Positions 20,301-30,667 of a DNA stretch of 36,632 bases are shown piece after piece. Under the pieces are notes generated by a model, which saw only the letters and a program-made list of their open reading frames with translations, made no database searches and was not told the origin of the DNA. The stretch is from assembly GCA_000004985.1 (NCBI GenBank), contig GG738976.1; one strand, given 5' to 3'. This stretch comes from Naegleria gruberi. Its lineage: Eukaryota. How positions within the stretch are numbered: the stretch's first letter is position 1; each line of letters starts with the position of its first letter. Both the position numbers and the translations under genes were made by a program.

Positions 20301-23300
20301 NNNNNNNNNNNNNNNNNNNNNNNNNNNNNNNNNNNNNNNNNNNNNNNNNNNNNNNNNNNNNNNNNNNNNNNNNNNNNNNNNNNNNNNNNNNNNNNNNNNN
20401 NNNNNNNNNNNNNNNNNNNNNNNNNNNNNNNNNNNNNNNNNNNNNNNNNNNNNNNNNNNNNNNNNNNNNNNNNNNNNNNNNNNNNNNNNNNNNNNNNNNN
20501 NNNNNNNNNNNNNNNNNNNNNNNNNNNNNNNNNNNNNNNNNNNNNNNNNNNNNNNNNNNNNNNNNNNNNNNNNNNNNNNNNNNNNNNNNNNNNNNNNNNN
20601 NNNNNNNNNNNNNNNNNNNNNNNNNNNNNNNNNNNNNNNNNNNNNNNNNNNNNNNNNNNNNNNNNNNNNNNNNNNNNNNNNNNNNNNNNNNNNNNNNNNN
20701 NNNNNNNNNNNNNNNNNNNNNNNNNNNNNNNNNNNNNNNNNNNNNNNNNNNNNNNNNNNNNNNNNNNNNNNNNNNNNNNNNNNNNNNNNNNNNNNNNNNN
20801 NNNNNNNNNNNNNNNNNNNNNNNNNNNNNNNNNNNNNNNNNNNNNNNNNNNNNNNNNNNNNNNNNNNNNNNNNNNNNNNNNNNNNNNNNNNNNNNNNNNN
20901 NNNNNNNNNNNNNNNNNNNNNNNNNNNNNNNNNNNNNNNNNNNNNNNNNNNNNNNNNNNNNNNNNNNNNNNNNNNNNNNNNNNNNNNNNNNNNNNNNNNN
21001 NNNNNNNNNNNNNNNNNNNNNNNNNNNNNNNNNNNNNNNNNNNNNNNNNNNNNNNNNNNNNNNNNNNNNNNNNNNNNNNNNNNNNNNNNNNNNNNNNNNN
21101 NNNNNNNNNNNNNNNNNNNNNNNNNNNNNNNNNNNNNNNNNNNNNNNNNNNNNNNNNNNNNNNNNNNNNNNNNNNNNNNNNNNNNNNNNNNNNNNNNNNN
21201 NNNNNNNNNNNNNNNNNNNNNNNNNNNNNNNNNNNNNNNNNNNNNNNNNNNNNNNNNNNNNNNNNNNNNNNNNNNNNNNNNNNNNNNNNNNNNNNNNNNN
21301 NNNNNNNNNNNNNNNNNNNNNNNNNNNNNNNNNNNNNNNNNNNNNNNNNNNNNNNNNNNNNNNNNNNNNNNNNNNNNNNNNNNNNNNNNNNNNNNNNNNN
21401 NNNNNNNNNNNNNNNNNNNNNNNNNNNNNNNNNNNNNNNNNNNNNNNNNNNNNNNNNNNNNNNNNNNNNNNNNNNNNNNNNNNNNNNNNNNNNNNNNNNN
21501 NNNNNNNNNNNNNNNNNNNNNNNNNNNNNNNNNNNNNNNNNNNNNNNNNNNNNNNNNNNNNNNNNNNNNNNNNNNNNNNNNNNNNNNNNNNNNNNNNNNN
21601 NNNNNNNNNNNNNNNNNNNNNNNNNNNNNNNNNNNNNNNNNNNNNNNNNNNNNNNNNNNNNNNNNNNNNNNNNNNNNNNNNNNNNNNNNNNNNNNNNNNN
21701 NNNNNNNNNNNNNNNNNNNNNNNNNNNNNNNNNNNNNNNNNNNNNNNNNNNNNNNNNNNNNNNNNNNNNNNNNNNNNNNNNNNNNNNNNNNNNNNNNNNN
21801 NNNNNNNNNNNNNNNNNNNNNNNNNNNNNNNNNNNNNNNNNNNNNNNNNNNNNNNNNNNNNNNNNNNNNNNNNNNNNNNNNNNNNNNNNNNNNNNNNNNN
21901 NNNNNNNNNNNNNNNNNNNNNNNNNNNNNNNNNNNNNNNNNNNNNNNNNNNNNNNNNNNNNNNNNNNNNNNNNNNNNNNNNNNNNNNNNNNNNNNNNNNN
22001 NNNNNNNNNNNNNNNNNNNNNNNNNNNNNNNNNNNNNNNNNNNNNNNNNNNNNNNNNNNNNNNNNNNNNNNNNNNNNNNNNNNNNNNNNNNNNNNNNNNN
22101 NNNNNNNNNNNNNNNNNNNNNNNNNNNNNNNNNNNNNNNNNNNNNNNNNNNNNNNNNNNNNNNNNNNNNNNNNNNNNNNNNNNNNNNNNNNNNNNNNNNN
22201 NNNNNNNNNNNNNNNNNNNNNNNNNNNNNNNNNNNNNNNNNNNNNNNNNNNNNNNNNNNNNNNNNNNNNNNNNNNNNNNNNNNNNNNNNNNNNNNNNNNN
22301 NNNNNNNNNNNNNNNNNNNNNNNNNNNNNNNNNNNNNNNNNNNNNNNNNNNNNNNNNNNNNNNNNNNNNNNNNNNNNNNNNNNNNNNNNNNNNNNNNNNN
22401 NNNNNNNNNNNNNNNNNNNNNNNNNNNNNNNNNNNNNNNNNNNNNNNNNNNNNNNNNNNNNNNNNNNNNNNNNNNNNNNNNNNNNNNNNNNNNNNNNNNN
22501 NNNNNNNNNNNNNNNNNNNNNNNNNNNNNNNNNNNNNNNNNNNNNNNNNNNNNNNNNNNNNNNNNNNNNNNNNNNNNNNNNNNNNNNNNNNNNNNNNNNN
22601 NNNNNNNNNNNNNNNNNNNNNNNNNNNNNNNNNNNNNNNNNNNNNNNNNNNNNNNNNNNNNNNNNNNNNNNNNNNNNNNNNNNNNNNNNNNNNNNNNNNN
22701 NNNNNNNNNNNNNNNNNNNNNNNNNNNNNNNNNNNNNNNNNNNNNNNNNNNNNNNNNNNNNNNNNNNNNNNNNNNNNNNNNNNNNNNNNNNNNNNNNNNN
22801 NNNNNNNNNNNNNNNNNNNNNNNNNNNNNNNNNNNNNNNNNNNNNNNNNNNNNNNNNNNNNNNNNNNNNNNNNNNNNNNNNNNNNNNNNNNNNNNNNNNN
22901 NNNNNNNNNNNNNNNNNNNNNNNNNNNNNNNNNNNNNNNNNNNNNNNNNNNNNNNNNNNNNNNNNNNNNNNNNNNNNNNNNNNNNNNNNNNNNNNNNNNN
23001 NNNNNNNNNNNNNNNNNNNNNNNNNNNNNNNNNNNNNNNNNNNNNNNNNNNNNNNNNNNNNNNNNNNNNNNNNNNNNNNNNNNNNNNNNNNNNNNNNNNN
23101 NNNNNNNNNNNNNNNNNNNNNNNNNNNNNNNNNNNNNNNNNNNNNNNNNNNNNNNNNNNNNNNNNNNNNNNNNNNNNNNNNNNNNNNNNNNNNNNNNNNN
23201 NNNNNNNNNNNNNNNNNNNNNNNNNNNNNNNNNNNNNNNNNNNNNNNNNNNNNNNNNNNNNNNNNNNNNNNNNNNNNNNNNNNNNNNNNNNNNNNNNNNN

Positions 23301-23307
23301 NNNNNNN
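2373..23307. other. Block of 20,935 N (assembly gap or hard mask). It hides the 3' part of the SprT gene, the 5' part of the GH1 gene and everything between them.
   Basis: Literal run of n characters. Confidence 1.
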
Positions 23308-23622
23308 ACAATGATTTATGTGACTGAGAATGGTGTTGATGCTCCAGGTGAAAGCTCAATGCCAATTAGTCAAGCTTTGAACGACACTTTTAGAGTTAAC
23401 TATTTACATGACTATCTCACAGAGGTATCCAATGCAGTGATGCAAGATGGTGTTAATGTTAAGGCCTACTTTGTTTGGTCAATGATGGATAACTTTGAAT
23501 GGACCAATGGTTATAGTTGTCGTTTTGGTGTTGTCTTTGTTGACTATAATAGTCCTAATCTTACAAGATATGTCAAGAACTCTGCCAAGTGGTACAGTGA
23601 ATTGGTTAAACCATACAACTAG
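23308..23622 (+). CDS. Glycoside hydrolase family 1 (beta-glucosidase-like), C-terminal 104 codons from the catalytic-nucleophile motif to the TAG stop. The 5' end is in the gap.
   Basis: IYVTENG is the GH1 I/V-TENG nucleophile motif. It is followed by YFVWSMMDNFEW and CRFGVVFVDY, which are the typical GH1 C-terminal signatures. The frame is open back to the gap edge. TAG is at 23620-23622. Confidence 0.85.
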   Translation, partial: TMIYVTENGVDAPGESSMPISQALNDTFRVNYLHDYLTEVSNAVMQDGVNVKAYFVWSMMDNFEWTNGYSCRFGVVFVDYNSPNLTRYVKNSAKWYSELVKPYN

Positions 23623-23625
23623 ATC

Positions 23626-23631
23626 AATAAA
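23626..23631 (+). promoter_or_regulatory. AATAAA poly(A) signal for the GH1 gene, 4 nt after the stop.
   Basis: Sequence tagatcAATAAAcaac. Confidence 0.4.
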
Positions 23632-23656
23632 CAACACTAAAGGATTGTAAAGTGGT

Positions 23657-23662
23657 TTTATT
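23657..23662 (-). promoter_or_regulatory. Candidate poly(A) signal for the convergent minus-strand gene. It reads TTTATT on plus, which is AATAAA on minus.
   Basis: It lies about 175 nt downstream of the minus-strand stop at 23837-23835. It is only about 26 nt from the GH1 AATAAA, so the two 3' UTRs must overlap. Confidence 0.3.
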
Positions 23663-23688
23663 TCATCATTCACTTATGGAAGTTATTC

Positions 23689-23729
23689 ATAAAGATTTAT
23701 GTCCTTTAAGGCAGGTTCCAAGGTTGATT
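23689..23729 (+). repeat. Copy B of the conserved element of about 41 bp (ataaagatttatgtcctttaaggcaggttccaaggttgatt).
   Basis: It is about 83% identical to 799-839. It lies between the GH1 stop and the minus-gene stop. Confidence 0.45.
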
Positions 23730-23834
23730 TAAATATGAAGAATGCTTGAACTATTCAAAATTGAGAAAGAAAACCGCAGGATGGAATGAATGGGAATTTT
23801 GCTCAAATGTAGCCAGATACTACTATTCAATATA

Positions 23835-24050
23835 TCATTCCTTTTTTACTCCTTCTCTTTTAGTAACTAATACTTTCTGATTATTGGGTATATGCAGATT
23901 TGAATAAACCAATTGGGATGGATCACTCAAAAACCAACCATTTATCTGCTCTGCCAATTTACAATTATGAGTTTTAAATATTTTGGCAGTCATTGGAATA
24001 ATTAATTGTTTTGTCCAATCTGGATCTCCTTCATTGACCATGAATGGCTC
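23835..24050 (-). CDS. Terminal coding exon of an unidentified minus-strand gene (...EPFMVNEGDPDWTKQLIIPMTAKIFKTHNCKLAEQINGWFLSDPSQLVYSNLHIPNNQKVLVTKREGVKKE*).
   Basis: The upstream exon ends ...KPFDCE at 24169, directly before a perfect GTAAGT donor (minus strand). A CAG acceptor at 24053-24051 restores the same phase-0 frame for 71 codons to the TGA at 23837-23835. The unspliced alternative ends 12 codons after the donor (VSLLCSFVKCGK*). Confidence 0.45.
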   Translation of the reverse strand, partial: EPFMVNEGDPDWTKQLIIPMTAKIFKTHNCKLAEQINGWFLSDPSQLVYSNLHIPNNQKVLVTKREGVKKE

Positions 24051-24168
24051 CTGTGAATTGGTTTTGAAAATAATTCCCTCACTTATTGATCCTTGTCCTC
24101 TCTAATATATTTGAGATGAGAGAAATAAATTACTTTCCACATTTCACAAAGCTACAGAGTAAACTTAC
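24051..24168 (-). other. Putative 118-nt intron on the minus strand (GTAAGTTTAC...CAATTCACAG).
   Basis: It has a canonical GTAAGT donor and a CAG acceptor. The frame is continuous across the junction. Confidence 0.45.
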
Positions 24169-24678
24169 CTCACAATCGAAAGGTTTCACCATGCTCAATC
24201 TCTTATAAATTTTCACACATTCTCCATATTGAATAGTCGAAGCAAGAATTAAAGTGTTATCAAAATAAACATCAGGTTGATTGAGATATAAAACAGTCCT
24301 ATCCTTCAAATATTCATTGCAATATTTCAAGAATATTGATCTATTAATCTCTTTTCCAATGTGGCGAATTTTAATCTTATTCGAAAATAATAATGACATG
24401 ATATCTGAATCTAAACTATTGTCAATTTGAAGTAAATGATATTCCGAAACTGATGGATTCAATAAATTCATCTGTATGCTCGTTAATAAATCAAGGAAAA
24501 ACACATTATCTTTATCCGAAAGTCCAACAATTAATTGTGAAACAATCACAACATTCGGTAATTCACTAATTTCATCATTTCTAATTAATTTCACAAATTC
24601 CAATTGTTGTTTTTGTGCTATTTTCATAAAATCACCATATTCATTCGAATTATATAGCCTTTGTCTTGAAAATGGCAC
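24169..24678 (-). CDS. Internal or penultimate exon of the same unidentified gene, giving 170 aa visible. It continues 5' into the N block.
   Basis: The minus-frame ORF is stop-free: VPFSRQRLYNSNEYGDFMKIAQKQQLEFVKLIRNDEISELPNVVIVSQLIVGLSDKDNVFFLDLL...IQYGECVKIYKRLSMVKPFDCE. It has ordinary non-repetitive globular composition. I recognise no family. Confidence 0.55.
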
Positions 24679-27600
24679 NNNNNNNNNNNNNNNNNNNNNN
24701 NNNNNNNNNNNNNNNNNNNNNNNNNNNNNNNNNNNNNNNNNNNNNNNNNNNNNNNNNNNNNNNNNNNNNNNNNNNNNNNNNNNNNNNNNNNNNNNNNNNN
24801 NNNNNNNNNNNNNNNNNNNNNNNNNNNNNNNNNNNNNNNNNNNNNNNNNNNNNNNNNNNNNNNNNNNNNNNNNNNNNNNNNNNNNNNNNNNNNNNNNNNN
24901 NNNNNNNNNNNNNNNNNNNNNNNNNNNNNNNNNNNNNNNNNNNNNNNNNNNNNNNNNNNNNNNNNNNNNNNNNNNNNNNNNNNNNNNNNNNNNNNNNNNN
25001 NNNNNNNNNNNNNNNNNNNNNNNNNNNNNNNNNNNNNNNNNNNNNNNNNNNNNNNNNNNNNNNNNNNNNNNNNNNNNNNNNNNNNNNNNNNNNNNNNNNN
25101 NNNNNNNNNNNNNNNNNNNNNNNNNNNNNNNNNNNNNNNNNNNNNNNNNNNNNNNNNNNNNNNNNNNNNNNNNNNNNNNNNNNNNNNNNNNNNNNNNNNN
25201 NNNNNNNNNNNNNNNNNNNNNNNNNNNNNNNNNNNNNNNNNNNNNNNNNNNNNNNNNNNNNNNNNNNNNNNNNNNNNNNNNNNNNNNNNNNNNNNNNNNN
25301 NNNNNNNNNNNNNNNNNNNNNNNNNNNNNNNNNNNNNNNNNNNNNNNNNNNNNNNNNNNNNNNNNNNNNNNNNNNNNNNNNNNNNNNNNNNNNNNNNNNN
25401 NNNNNNNNNNNNNNNNNNNNNNNNNNNNNNNNNNNNNNNNNNNNNNNNNNNNNNNNNNNNNNNNNNNNNNNNNNNNNNNNNNNNNNNNNNNNNNNNNNNN
25501 NNNNNNNNNNNNNNNNNNNNNNNNNNNNNNNNNNNNNNNNNNNNNNNNNNNNNNNNNNNNNNNNNNNNNNNNNNNNNNNNNNNNNNNNNNNNNNNNNNNN
25601 NNNNNNNNNNNNNNNNNNNNNNNNNNNNNNNNNNNNNNNNNNNNNNNNNNNNNNNNNNNNNNNNNNNNNNNNNNNNNNNNNNNNNNNNNNNNNNNNNNNN
25701 NNNNNNNNNNNNNNNNNNNNNNNNNNNNNNNNNNNNNNNNNNNNNNNNNNNNNNNNNNNNNNNNNNNNNNNNNNNNNNNNNNNNNNNNNNNNNNNNNNNN
25801 NNNNNNNNNNNNNNNNNNNNNNNNNNNNNNNNNNNNNNNNNNNNNNNNNNNNNNNNNNNNNNNNNNNNNNNNNNNNNNNNNNNNNNNNNNNNNNNNNNNN
25901 NNNNNNNNNNNNNNNNNNNNNNNNNNNNNNNNNNNNNNNNNNNNNNNNNNNNNNNNNNNNNNNNNNNNNNNNNNNNNNNNNNNNNNNNNNNNNNNNNNNN
26001 NNNNNNNNNNNNNNNNNNNNNNNNNNNNNNNNNNNNNNNNNNNNNNNNNNNNNNNNNNNNNNNNNNNNNNNNNNNNNNNNNNNNNNNNNNNNNNNNNNNN
26101 NNNNNNNNNNNNNNNNNNNNNNNNNNNNNNNNNNNNNNNNNNNNNNNNNNNNNNNNNNNNNNNNNNNNNNNNNNNNNNNNNNNNNNNNNNNNNNNNNNNN
26201 NNNNNNNNNNNNNNNNNNNNNNNNNNNNNNNNNNNNNNNNNNNNNNNNNNNNNNNNNNNNNNNNNNNNNNNNNNNNNNNNNNNNNNNNNNNNNNNNNNNN
26301 NNNNNNNNNNNNNNNNNNNNNNNNNNNNNNNNNNNNNNNNNNNNNNNNNNNNNNNNNNNNNNNNNNNNNNNNNNNNNNNNNNNNNNNNNNNNNNNNNNNN
26401 NNNNNNNNNNNNNNNNNNNNNNNNNNNNNNNNNNNNNNNNNNNNNNNNNNNNNNNNNNNNNNNNNNNNNNNNNNNNNNNNNNNNNNNNNNNNNNNNNNNN
26501 NNNNNNNNNNNNNNNNNNNNNNNNNNNNNNNNNNNNNNNNNNNNNNNNNNNNNNNNNNNNNNNNNNNNNNNNNNNNNNNNNNNNNNNNNNNNNNNNNNNN
26601 NNNNNNNNNNNNNNNNNNNNNNNNNNNNNNNNNNNNNNNNNNNNNNNNNNNNNNNNNNNNNNNNNNNNNNNNNNNNNNNNNNNNNNNNNNNNNNNNNNNN
26701 NNNNNNNNNNNNNNNNNNNNNNNNNNNNNNNNNNNNNNNNNNNNNNNNNNNNNNNNNNNNNNNNNNNNNNNNNNNNNNNNNNNNNNNNNNNNNNNNNNNN
26801 NNNNNNNNNNNNNNNNNNNNNNNNNNNNNNNNNNNNNNNNNNNNNNNNNNNNNNNNNNNNNNNNNNNNNNNNNNNNNNNNNNNNNNNNNNNNNNNNNNNN
26901 NNNNNNNNNNNNNNNNNNNNNNNNNNNNNNNNNNNNNNNNNNNNNNNNNNNNNNNNNNNNNNNNNNNNNNNNNNNNNNNNNNNNNNNNNNNNNNNNNNNN
27001 NNNNNNNNNNNNNNNNNNNNNNNNNNNNNNNNNNNNNNNNNNNNNNNNNNNNNNNNNNNNNNNNNNNNNNNNNNNNNNNNNNNNNNNNNNNNNNNNNNNN
27101 NNNNNNNNNNNNNNNNNNNNNNNNNNNNNNNNNNNNNNNNNNNNNNNNNNNNNNNNNNNNNNNNNNNNNNNNNNNNNNNNNNNNNNNNNNNNNNNNNNNN
27201 NNNNNNNNNNNNNNNNNNNNNNNNNNNNNNNNNNNNNNNNNNNNNNNNNNNNNNNNNNNNNNNNNNNNNNNNNNNNNNNNNNNNNNNNNNNNNNNNNNNN
27301 NNNNNNNNNNNNNNNNNNNNNNNNNNNNNNNNNNNNNNNNNNNNNNNNNNNNNNNNNNNNNNNNNNNNNNNNNNNNNNNNNNNNNNNNNNNNNNNNNNNN
27401 NNNNNNNNNNNNNNNNNNNNNNNNNNNNNNNNNNNNNNNNNNNNNNNNNNNNNNNNNNNNNNNNNNNNNNNNNNNNNNNNNNNNNNNNNNNNNNNNNNNN
27501 NNNNNNNNNNNNNNNNNNNNNNNNNNNNNNNNNNNNNNNNNNNNNNNNNNNNNNNNNNNNNNNNNNNNNNNNNNNNNNNNNNNNNNNNNNNNNNNNNNNN

Positions 27601-29009
27601 NNNNNNNNNNNNNNNNNNNNNNNNNNNNNNNNNNNNNNNNNNNNNNNNNNNNNNNNNNNNNNNNNNNNNNNNNNNNNNNNNNNNNNNNNNNNNNNNNNNN
27701 NNNNNNNNNNNNNNNNNNNNNNNNNNNNNNNNNNNNNNNNNNNNNNNNNNNNNNNNNNNNNNNNNNNNNNNNNNNNNNNNNNNNNNNNNNNNNNNNNNNN
27801 NNNNNNNNNNNNNNNNNNNNNNNNNNNNNNNNNNNNNNNNNNNNNNNNNNNNNNNNNNNNNNNNNNNNNNNNNNNNNNNNNNNNNNNNNNNNNNNNNNNN
27901 NNNNNNNNNNNNNNNNNNNNNNNNNNNNNNNNNNNNNNNNNNNNNNNNNNNNNNNNNNNNNNNNNNNNNNNNNNNNNNNNNNNNNNNNNNNNNNNNNNNN
28001 NNNNNNNNNNNNNNNNNNNNNNNNNNNNNNNNNNNNNNNNNNNNNNNNNNNNNNNNNNNNNNNNNNNNNNNNNNNNNNNNNNNNNNNNNNNNNNNNNNNN
28101 NNNNNNNNNNNNNNNNNNNNNNNNNNNNNNNNNNNNNNNNNNNNNNNNNNNNNNNNNNNNNNNNNNNNNNNNNNNNNNNNNNNNNNNNNNNNNNNNNNNN
28201 NNNNNNNNNNNNNNNNNNNNNNNNNNNNNNNNNNNNNNNNNNNNNNNNNNNNNNNNNNNNNNNNNNNNNNNNNNNNNNNNNNNNNNNNNNNNNNNNNNNN
28301 NNNNNNNNNNNNNNNNNNNNNNNNNNNNNNNNNNNNNNNNNNNNNNNNNNNNNNNNNNNNNNNNNNNNNNNNNNNNNNNNNNNNNNNNNNNNNNNNNNNN
28401 NNNNNNNNNNNNNNNNNNNNNNNNNNNNNNNNNNNNNNNNNNNNNNNNNNNNNNNNNNNNNNNNNNNNNNNNNNNNNNNNNNNNNNNNNNNNNNNNNNNN
28501 NNNNNNNNNNNNNNNNNNNNNNNNNNNNNNNNNNNNNNNNNNNNNNNNNNNNNNNNNNNNNNNNNNNNNNNNNNNNNNNNNNNNNNNNNNNNNNNNNNNN
28601 NNNNNNNNNNNNNNNNNNNNNNNNNNNNNNNNNNNNNNNNNNNNNNNNNNNNNNNNNNNNNNNNNNNNNNNNNNNNNNNNNNNNNNNNNNNNNNNNNNNN
28701 NNNNNNNNNNNNNNNNNNNNNNNNNNNNNNNNNNNNNNNNNNNNNNNNNNNNNNNNNNNNNNNNNNNNNNNNNNNNNNNNNNNNNNNNNNNNNNNNNNNN
28801 NNNNNNNNNNNNNNNNNNNNNNNNNNNNNNNNNNNNNNNNNNNNNNNNNNNNNNNNNNNNNNNNNNNNNNNNNNNNNNNNNNNNNNNNNNNNNNNNNNNN
28901 NNNNNNNNNNNNNNNNNNNNNNNNNNNNNNNNNNNNNNNNNNNNNNNNNNNNNNNNNNNNNNNNNNNNNNNNNNNNNNNNNNNNNNNNNNNNNNNNNNNN
29001 NNNNNNNNN
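24679..29009. other. Block of 4,331 N. It hides the upstream exons of the minus-strand gene.
   Basis: Literal run of n characters. Confidence 1.
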
Positions 29010-29227
29010 GGATATAAGCTTCATCCAATCAATGATGACACCCAATTAAAGCCAAGCAAGATAACCACCTAATTGTTCTGTCACTCTGATTTCATTAGAA
29101 CAAAGCTTACAAAACCTTACAAAGAAATATCGTGTTTCATGTTAATTCTTCAAATCTGGATTTGAATTTCAATTTACCACAAAAGCAAGCTGATCAAGTT
29201 ATTAATAATCAATTCCATTACTAAAAA

Positions 29228-29845
29228 ATGTCACAACAACAAAAAGCTATTTCAGGATCATCTTCCAACACCAATGCAAATATCAAAAAAACAAATTCCA
29301 AAGAGAATCGCCACGTATTCCTCACAGAAAAGGAACAACTCGAACAATATGGAAGAATTGTTGAACATGAAGAAATATCATGTGGTATTTTGCTTTTTAG
29401 AAAATTGACTTCTAAATATGATTTCCTTTTAATGAAACACAGTCGTAGACTTGATTTACCAAAAGGGAGAATGGAACCTGGTGAAACATTTATTGAAACT
29501 GCAAAGAGAGAATTCAATGAAGAGACTTCTATTCCATTGGATCTGATTGGGATTCATCCAGATTTTCTATTCGAAGAAAAGTATGCTTACTTTTCTAAAT
29601 CAAAATCTATTCAAGTTGGAAAAACTCTAAAAATGTATATTGCATTTGCCAAGGACAGTACCAAGCTGAATATTAAATTGACAGAGCATGGTGATTGTAA
29701 ATGGACTCAATTCAAGGAAAAGGAAGCCATGACCATTCAGAATAATACAATTGATCCTCTCTTGAAAAGTATTCAGGACTATATGAATGAGAAGGGATTG
29801 GATTTGGAAGCATTGGAAAAGACCAGTTTATCATCAAATATTTAA
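29228..29845 (+). CDS. NUDT2: Nudix hydrolase, of the diadenosine tetraphosphate (Ap4A) hydrolase / NUDT2-like type. It is intronless and encodes 205 aa.
   Basis: It has a canonical Nudix box, GRMEPGETFIETAKREFNEETSI (G-x5-E-x7-R-E-hydrophobic-x-E-E-x-x-hydrophobic). The segment SCGILLFRK...DFLLMKH...LPKGRMEPGE parallels NUDT2 ACGLIIFRR...EFLLLQ...PPKGHVEPGE. The C-terminal CKWTQFKEKEAMTIQ parallels NUDT2 YRWLGLEEACQLAQ. The start context is ctaaaaaATGtc and the stop is TAA. Confidence 0.85.
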   Translation: MSQQQKAISGSSSNTNANIKKTNSKENRHVFLTEKEQLEQYGRIVEHEEISCGILLFRKLTSKYDFLLMKHSRRLDLPKGRMEPGETFIETAKREFNEETSIPLDLIGIHPDFLFEEKYAYFSKSKSIQVGKTLKMYIAFAKDSTKLNIKLTEHGDCKWTQFKEKEAMTIQNNTIDPLLKSIQDYMNEKGLDLEALEKTSLSSNI

Positions 29846-30390
29846 AGAATATTTCCTCAATATTATTAAACATAACCGACTTTATTTCACTCATCTGCAA
29901 TGCACATTACAATTAAGAAAAGTTGATTATCTAGTAAAAAATTGAAAATAAACAAGTCAAAAATATCTTTTATAGGGCTGTCGGTGAGGATTCTATTCAA
30001 TCAAAAAAACAATCAACACCCATCACGCAACGCAACGACATTTTTCAAAGCTCAAAAACTGTAGATTGGCTTTCACTTTACAGTTTTCATTTTGATCAAC
30101 CTTTGTAAGTTCAAGTCCAGATAAGTAAGTTCTCACTTTAGCTTGTCATGCAATAACGATATTCATGGTGTTAATAATAGTTTATGGTTGTCTTCTCCCA
30201 ATTAAACAATCTCTTTTACAAAAAGCCAACTCATTGATTGATCTGTGAATTGTTGATCAATTTCTCCACCAAGAACACAAATAGACTTGTTAAAAAAATC
30301 ATCACCCATACAACTAGAAGTGGAAAATTAGATATTATTAATAGTAGTTGTAATATTTAACAAATAGTAGTAAAAAACATTAGAAAAACA

Positions 30391-30425
30391 ACAAGAGAAT
30401 CAGTAGATAATCAGTCGATTATCAG
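30391..30425 (+). promoter_or_regulatory. Three tandem copies of the motif (t)aATCAGT(a/c)GA, about 245 bp upstream of the next ATG. They are followed by a caacaagaa duplication (30436-30453).
   Basis: Sequence gaatcagtagataatcagtcgattatcagtaaa. This is a candidate set of transcription-factor sites. There is no functional evidence. Confidence 0.2.
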
Positions 30426-30667
30426 TAAAACACAACAAGAACAACAAGAAACTAACTGATATTATCATCAACATCAAGTGCATTCTCCAGATCGCCATCC
30501 ACTCTACAAAATAAGTAACCACAGTTACCGCCACTTTTTCTAATAATACTTCCCCATTAATAATCATCATCAGAACGAGAGTACCAACCATAGCATTGAA
30601 CCCGGACCTCTCATCACAACAAACACCTTGGCAATTTAGAAAAACCGTTGCAAAAATCAAAAAACAA

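Noticed and set aside
1649-23365. Giant ORFs in the supplied track (7221 aa plus, 7053 aa minus). There are similar 1.4-1.6-kaa ORFs across 24130-29072 and 30596-35561.
   Set aside because: They are stop-free only because N translates to X. Real coding is limited to the flanks I annotated (SprT head, GH1 tail, minus-gene exon, S/T-rich head). Several of their 'M' starts are TTG or GTG codons, not ATG.
23835-24678. Attempt to assign the unidentified minus-strand gene to exostosin/GT64 glycosyltransferases via the NC..N.FL and DPD(W/H) motifs.
   Set aside because: The motif order is reversed relative to the EXT C-terminal domains, and the rest of the 240 visible residues do not align convincingly. 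I left it as hypothetical.
29846-30600. tRNA or other small structured RNA in the longest visible intergenic stretch.
   Set aside because: There is no GGTTCGAATCC-type T-arm, no GTGGC...TAGAGC D-arm, and no cloverleaf-length inverted repeats. There are only scattered GTAAGT hexamers and short direct repeats (cgcaacgcaacg, tcacttta x2).
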